A stretch of DNA of 64,000 bases from an uncultured Planctomycetota bacterium (GTDB lineage Bacteria > Planctomycetota > Planctomycetia > Isosphaerales > Isosphaeraceae), in the NCBI GenBank assembly GCA_963845755.1, contig CAWJTV010000041.1, forward strand, positions 320,001 to 384,000, given 5' to 3'. The notes below the pieces were generated by a model. It saw nothing but the letters and a program-made list of their open reading frames with translations. It made no database searches and had not been told where the DNA came from. The position numbers and the translations under genes are program-made. Shown piece by piece: positions 57,560 to 64,000 of this stretch (its first letter is position 1; each line of letters begins with the position of its first letter).

Positions 57560-58177
57560 TCAGGGCGGGCTGGTTGGCGTCGCCGCCGGGCCGAGGTCGC
57601 CGAGCCGCTCGGTCAGCAGCCGGAGACCCCGGTCCAGACGTCGTTGCACGGTCCTGGGGACGACGCCCAGCAGCTCGGCGGCCTCGGCGTAGGGGAGTCC
57701 CTGGATGCGCACCAGGTCGAATGCCTCCCGCTCATCTTCCGGCAGGCTGTCGATCGCCTCCAGCATGCGCAGGCCGGCCGGCGACAGGCCGGAGTCGCTG
57801 CTGGCCGGCGCGGGAAGCTCCCTCTCTTGCAGCTCGAAGGCCGTCGGCTGATTATCCAAGCGTCGGGCCAGGTCATTCAGCTCCCACCGCATGTGCTGGC
57901 CAGCCAGGGCGAAGAATTCCCGGACCGTTCGGGGACGGGTCTGCCGCAGGGCCTTGAGCAGCCGCTCCACCACGGCGCCGAGCAATTCGTCGGTCTGGAG
58001 GTTGAGCGGCGCGCGCGTCAATCGTGGGTAGTCGTGGTGCAGCAGGATCGCGCAGAGTCGGTGCAGCCGAAGGACGGCCCGATCCAGGAGAATTCGGATG
58101 ACCGGCTCAACAGGGGTCTCGCCGGTCAGCCCGTCCAGGTATCGCTGCACGATGGCGGTGGTGTTCGTTTCGGGCAC
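57560..58177 (-). CDS. ECF-type RNA polymerase sigma factor (kinase-associated)
   Basis: LNLQTDELL, RWELNDLARR, sigma4 LPEDEREAFDL..IQGLPYAEAAELLG; directly upstream of the kinase. Confidence 0.88.
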   Translation of the reverse strand: MPETNTTAIVQRYLDGLTGETPVEPVIRILLDRAVLRLHRLCAILLHHDYPRLTRAPLNLQTDELLGAVVERLLKALRQTRPRTVREFFALAGQHMRWELNDLARRLDNQPTAFELQERELPAPASSDSGLSPAGLRMLEAIDSLPEDEREAFDLVRIQGLPYAEAAELLGVVPRTVQRRLDRGLRLLTERLGDLGPAATPTSPP

Positions 58178-58419
58178 GCTCGCACTCCGCTGGGATCGGC
58201 CGAGTCCGCCTCGAAAGGTATTCACCCGCCCCACTTAAGGACACGGGATGCCGTTCCACTCGACGATTCTACGCCGCACGCTGTCGGCCCGCTACGCTTG
58301 GCTGAGTAGGCAGGTCGGGAGTTCGAGGAACCGTCACCGGGAAATCCATGGCCGACCTCCTCCGAGATCAAGGGGCGCTGCGGACGATTTCAGATAAGAC
58401 CTTTCCCGGAGGAAATCGC

Positions 58420-61400
58420 ATGGCGATCGATCCTGAGCGAGTCGAGATCCAGCTCCGGGCGGCCATCGAGTGCGAGGATCCCGCCAGCCGCCGGGCATTC
58501 CTCGACGCCGAGGTGGGCGGGGAACCCGAGCTGCTCCACCGGCACGACGCCCTGCTCGCCGCCGACGACCGGCCGCCCCGCGATCTGGACCGACCGCTCG
58601 GCGCCGATCCCAGGGCCACCGATGTGCCCGAGGCCACCCCATCCGCTTCACTGCCACCTCCGGAGACTGCATCGGACGACCGATGCACGGCCGACTGGCC
58701 GGACGACAACGGCCCGAGCCCCATCGAAACGATCATCGCCGACCGCTACAAGATCCGCCAGGAGATCGGCGAGGGCGGGATGGGCACCGTCTATCTTGCC
58801 GAGCAGCTCCGGCCGGTCCGCCGCCGGGTGGCGCTCAAGCTGATCAAGCGGGGCATGGACTCGCGCAACGTCCTGGCCCGCTTCGAGTCGGAGCGCCAGG
58901 CCCTGGCCCTGATGGAACACCCGAATATCGCCCACGTCCTCGACGCTGGCACGACCGCCGACGGCTGCCCGTTCTTCGTCATGGAGCTGGTCAAGGGGAT
59001 CCCGATCGCCGAGTATTGCGACGCCCATCGCCTCGACCTGAACGACCGGCTCCGGGTCTTCCGTCAGGTATGCTCGGCGGTGCAGCACGCGCACCAGAAG
59101 GGGATCATCCACCGCGACCTGAAGCCCTCCAACATCCTCGTCGAAGCCCACGACGACCGGCCGGTGCCCAAGGTGATCGACTTCGGGCTGGCCAAGGCCG
59201 TCAGCGGGCTGCGGCTGACCGAGCAATCGCTGTTCACCGCCTTCGGCAACGTCGCGGGCACGCCGCTGTACATGGCGCCGGAGCAGGCGAGCGGGAATGC
59301 GCTGGACATCGACACGCGGGCGGACATCTACGCCCTGGGCGTAATCCTCTACGAGCTGCTGACCGGCACGACGCCGATCGCCCGCGAGTCGGTCCGGACG
59401 GCGGCCCTTGATGAGATGCTCCGAATGATCCGCGAGGTCGAGCCGCCGACCCCGTCGAACCGGATCGGCGCTTCTGAGGCATTGCCGACCCTGGCTGCCA
59501 GCCGGCAGGTCGAGCCGGCGCGGCTGTCGCGGCTGATACGGGGCGATCTCGACTGGATTGCGATGAAGGCGCTGGCCAAGGAGCGAGAGCGGCGGTACGC
59601 CTCGGCCATCGGTCTGGCGGACGACATCGAGCGGTATCTCAACCACGAGCCGGTCTCGGCCGGGCCTCCGACGGCGGCCTACCGGCTGAGGAAGTTCGTG
59701 CGGCGCAACCGCGTGCAGGTGGCGGCGGCCGGGTTGGTGCTGTTGGCTCTGGCGCTGGGCGTGGTCGGCACGACCCTCGGCCTGATCGAGGCCCATCGGC
59801 GGCGTCAACAGGCCGAGAGAAGGCTCGCGCAGGTGACGAAGATGAACGACATCCTCGGCTCGATCTTCAAGGACCTGGACCCGAGGATCATCCGGAAGGA
59901 CGGCGAGCAGCTATCGGTGGTCCTGGGCAAGCGGCTGGATCGGGCGACGGAGGAGATCGAGGGGGAGGCGACCGGCGACCCTCTGGCCGTGGCCCGGATG
60001 CAAATGACGCTGGGCACCTCGCAGTTGAGCCTGGGCCACCCGGATCGGGCGATCGCGCTGTTCGCCAAGGCACGCACGACCTTTGCCGCCGAGCTCGGAC
60101 CCGACCACCCCAAAACGCTCGCGAGCATGAACAACCTCGCCAGCAGTTATGCCGCCGCCGGACGAAACGACCGAGCGCTGAAGCTCTTCGAGGAGACGCT
60201 AGCATTAAGGAAGGCGAAGCTCGGACCTGACCACCCCGACACGCTCGGGAGCATGAACAACCTCGCCGGCAGCTATCTTGCCGTCGGCCGGAACGACCGG
60301 GCGATGGAGCTCTTCGAGGAGGCCCTGGCATTGCAGAAGGCGAAGCTCGGACCTGACCACCCCGACACGCTCACGAGCACGAGTAACCTCGCCCTCAGTT
60401 ATGCCGTCGCCGGCCGAAACGACCGGCGCTGAAGCTCCGCGAGGAGACCCTGGCATTGCAGAAGACGAAGTTCGGGCCCGACCACCCCGACACGCTCGCG
60501 AGCATGGGCGTCCTCGCTACCAGCTATGCCGCCGCCGGCCGAAACGACCGGGCGCTGAAGCTCTTCGAGGAGTCGCTGGCATTGCAGAAGGCGAAGCTGG
60601 GCCCGACCACCCCGACACGCTCCGGAGCATGAACAACCTCGCCGTCAGCCATCTTGCCGCCGGCCGGAACGACCGGGCGCTGAAGCTCTTCGAGGAGTCG
60701 CTGGCGTTGCAGAAGGCGAAGCTGGGCCCCGACCACCCCGAAACGCTCATGGGCATGAACAACCTCGCCGAAAGCTACTCCGAAGTCGGCCAAGACGACC
60801 GGGCGCTGAAGCTCTTCGAGGAGTCGCTGGCGTTGCAGAAGGCGAAGCTGGGCCCCGACCACCCCGGCACGGCCGAATGCCTCGAAGGTCAGGCCCGTTG
60901 CTTGGCGAATTCCGGGCAGCTCGACCGTGCCGGCGCGATCCTCGACCAGGTCATCGCGTTGCTTCGGAAGGCCCAAGTAGCAGGCCACCCCGGGACGTTC
61001 CAGGCCCGGATCTCCCGGGCCGAGCTCGACGTGGCTCGCGGCCGTCTGGACGCCGCCGAAGCGGCCGATCGGGCGATCCTGGACGAGTGCCGGTCGCGGT
61101 TCGGCGCCGACGACCGGCTGACGATCGCCGCCGGGCTGGCCCTGGCCGAGGTCCGGCAGGCGCGGGGTGACCGCGACTCGGCCGCGACGCTGTATCGGAC
61201 CGCGCTCGAATCGGCCCGCAAGAACCCGACCGACCGCGATGCACTCGCCGCGGCCCTGACGGAGTCGGGCCGGTCGCGGCTCGGGGCCGGCGACTGGGGT
61301 ACGGCCGAGACGCAGCTCCGCGAGGCCCGGGAGATCCTCGAGGCCGAGAAGCCCCAACACTGGGTCACCGCCGAGGTCCGCTCGCTCCTGGGGGGGGCCC

Positions 61401-61621
61401 TCATGGGCGAGAAGAAGACCGCCGAAGCAACACCGCTGCTGCGCTCGGGCTATGAGGGGATGGCCCGGGCCGCTACCGCGATCCCGCGGGTCGACCGGCC
61501 CCGGCTGGGCGAGGCGCTGGCCCGTCTGATCGCGGCCGGCGAGGTGGCGGGGACGCAAGCGGAGCTCGCTACGTGGAAGGCTGAGTGGGCGAAGCTCGGC
61601 GCCGGGGGGCCGAGGCCATGA
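58420..61621 (+). CDS. Membrane Ser/Thr kinase with TPR array, close paralog of 21363-24966 (frameshifts near 60430 and 60600)
   Basis: Same MAIDPERV start, kinase motifs, TM helix and C-terminus; seven GPDHP motifs. Confidence 0.92.
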
Positions 61622-61726
61622 CCAGGCCCGGGGGGGCGAGCCTAGCGAGTCTCTAACGTGCTTCGGTGCGATCAACCGAAGCCGTTTCGGCCGGGCGATC
61701 CCCTGCCCCGGATAATCTTGATAATA

Positions 61727-62895
61727 TATACTTCACGCGGCCATTAGTGAGACATCCTCGAATAGCTGAAAATTGAGCGTCACCAACGTTCCAGTGCGGC
61801 GACGTGAGTTGTTGGAATGCCATCAAGGATCTCCTGAATGGCGGCTTGAAATTCGGCGAATGTGGGATGGTAGCGGCCGTAAAGGGCGCGGCGTTTGGTG
61901 AACTTCCACAGGCGTTCGATCAGATTCAGGTTGGGAGAATACGACGGCAGGAACAATCGCGTGATCCCCAACTCCTACGCCAGCGCCTGCACCACGGCGT
62001 TGTGTTGATAGCGGGCGTTGTCCAGCACCAGCGTGATCGGTCCGCTCAACCCCAACGCGACGATCATCCGCAACAACTCGCACATCGTCTCGGTGTTGAC
62101 CACCGTCGTGTTGGTCACGATGATCGGTTGCCGCGTGATCGCGTTCCACGCCCCCAAGACATTGAACCGTTGACGGCCCGACGCGGCACGAATGAAGATC
62201 CGAGTGAACGACCACAGGCAACACAAGAACGTCCCGAACACGAAATGGGCCGCGTCCGCGAAGAACACATGACCGATCCCGGCTTGGGCGGCGTCCAGGC
62301 ACGGCCTCAACTCGTTGTCGAGAAAAGTCGTCTGGGTCTGGACGTGCTCAGCCAAGTTTTTTTGGGCGGTACGGGGATCATGCGGACCCGCTGAAACTTC
62401 GCGCCCAGATCCTTGAGAAACTTGCGGACTTGGCTGGGACCGCGTCGCAACCCGGTCAATTGAAAGATCCGGTCGCACGCCTCGGCCACTGTGCGGGCCG
62501 GCTGCTTCTCGAACGACTCACGGATGATATCGCGATAGGCGGCCATCGTGCTGGCCGGGCGATGGACGAGGCACTGTCGCAGACCGTCCAAGCCAGCCGC
62601 GCCGAATGCGGCCACGTACCGTTGGACGGTGGACCGGGACACGCCGGCGAACACAGCCGCTTGCTCCCGAGTCGCCCCGCAATGCAGCAACCAGATGACC
62701 AACATCTTCTCACGAACCCGCACGAGGGGATGAGAGACTCGCTCCTCATTGACGATCCGTTGTTCTTCATCGGTCAGCCGCACGCGAAACCAAGCCATGG
62801 TGTCAGTCCAAGGTCCCGCATACAAGGCCTCCACCATGTACCTTTCCCCAAAGCCGGTGCGGCGGTCCCGACGGAGCCTCGCCGAGCGGGGCACA
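61727..62895 (-). mobile_element. IS630-family element; transposase 62798..61733 is split and probably decayed
   Basis: HTH N-terminus, FADAAHF, LVLDNARY, LPSYSPNLNLIERLWK; A7 slippery site at 62357-62363; in-frame TAG near 61975; TA-rich left end; right end tentative. Confidence 0.85.
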
Positions 62896-62905
62896 CGCGA
62901 TGTTC

Positions 62906-63696
62906 TCAATGTCCCGCGTACCAGTCATAGCCGCGTTCGGCCCAGTAGTCGGCGGGCCGCACGTCGGTGAAGCGGATGGTCCCGATCCGCTTGAGGTTCT
63001 TGATGCCGTACTTGACCGGGATGACCAGCCGGAGGGGCGCGCCGTACTCCGGGGTCAGGGGCTGGCCGTTCATCTCGTAGCCGAGCAAGGTCTGGGGATG
63101 GAAGGCGCTGGCCATGTCGAGCCCGACGTAATACTCGCGGTCGGGCGTCTCCAGCGCGGCGTAGCCGAGCAGGTCGTCGGCCTTGCCGATCGGATCGGCG
63201 GGCCGGCCGCTGCGGGTCGCCAATCCGGTGACGGTGGCCAGGTCGAATAGCCGCGCCGGCCCAGTGCACGACCTCGCTCCAACCTTCGATGCAGCGCAGC
63301 TCGGTCGTCATCTCAACCCGGGGGAGGGCCTTGATCTCGTCAAGTGTGAACGATCGATTGGCCCGCTCGCCGGCCGCCCCGACGACCTGGAGCCTCCAGG
63401 CGGATAGGTCGAGGACCGATTCCAGCCCGATCGTACCGTTGACGCGGGGCATCCGCGCCGCGGAGCGCGGGAATTCCGGCGAGCGGCTCGACGCGCGAAA
63501 GAGCCCGCGCGCCAGTTGCTCGTCGAACTCCAGCACGCGGCGGAGCGGCCAGGGCAGCCCATCCTCCTGGCTCCGCGTGACCAGCCAGCGCCAACCCACG
63601 AAGCCCGCCAGGGCCGCCACTCCCCCCCAGGCAAACCCCCGGCGCGACAGCCGGCGCAGTCGAACCCCTCAGCTCGCCGGCCCCGTGCTTATCCAC
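62906..63696 (-). CDS. Molybdopterin-dependent oxidoreductase, MsrP/sulfite oxidase family, Tat-exported (frameshifts; start uncertain)
   Basis: SRRGF Tat motif, LRCIEGWS, GAPLRLVIPVKYGIKNLKRI, YWAERGYDWYAG. Confidence 0.85.
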
Positions 63697-64000
63697 CGAC
63701 CACGGCTTCCCGTTCAGCGGCGGTTCCATGAATGGCCTCCGGATCGCCCACGACCTCGACACCGATCACCATCGCGCGGAAGTTGTTCCACCCCGCTCGG
63801 ATCACCTGCGTGATGTGGATCATGAAGAACAGCACGTAGCCGATGGTCAGGGCGAAATGCTCGAGCCGCGCCATCGGGTATCCGCCCAGGAGCGTGGTCA
63901 GCCACGCTGCCTGGACCGGCTTGTAGATGGCCACGCCCGACAGGAGCGAGCCGGCCCCCATCGCGACGACCCCAGTATAGGCCAGCCGCTGCGCCCCGTT
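63689..64000 (-). CDS. Cytochrome b/b6-domain membrane protein, C-terminal part; runs off the window edge
   Basis: NGAQRLAY, LSGVAIYKPVQ, ARLEHF, FMIHITQV heme-ligand His residues; upstream of the molybdoenzyme. Confidence 0.8.
   Translation of the reverse strand, partial: NGAQRLAYTGVVAMGAGSLLSGVAIYKPVQAAWLTTLLGGYPMARLEHFALTIGYVLFFMIHITQVIRAGWNNFRAMVIGVEVVGDPEAIHGTAAEREAVVGG

Overview
GC-rich bacterial chromosome segment, most likely from a planctomycete (Isosphaeraceae-like). This is inferred from the Ser/Thr kinase-TPR/ECF sigma modules, Uma2 and DUF5678 genes, a planctomycete-type small protein and heptamer repeats. The first ~42 kb is mostly housekeeping (gltX, thpR-recA, aroC, purC, guaA, proC, acs, dxr-rseP) with small accessory patches. 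These are an IS plus a MITE and a dif-like site at 16.5-19.1 kb, a kinase-ECF pair at 21-25.5 kb, and a dCTP deaminase with toxin-antitoxin debris at 32-34 kb. From ~41.8 kb the region is accessory. It holds a co-oriented cluster of a large exported di-heme cytochrome c, a GMC oxidoreductase, a membrane patatin-like lipase and an acyl-lipid desaturase, with a structured leader upstream and a Xer/dif-like site downstream. After that come aldehyde/alcohol dehydrogenases, two more kinase-TPR genes with an ECF, an IS630 element and an MsrPQ-like pair. More than 20 genes, including essential ones, carry short-indel frameshifts, almost certainly long-read sequencing errors, so split ORFs are annotated as single genes. 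The best candidate for an undescribed system is the four-gene cluster at 42.4-50.8 kb. No rRNA, tRNA or CRISPR array was seen. All product calls come from motif recognition by eye; no database searches were run.
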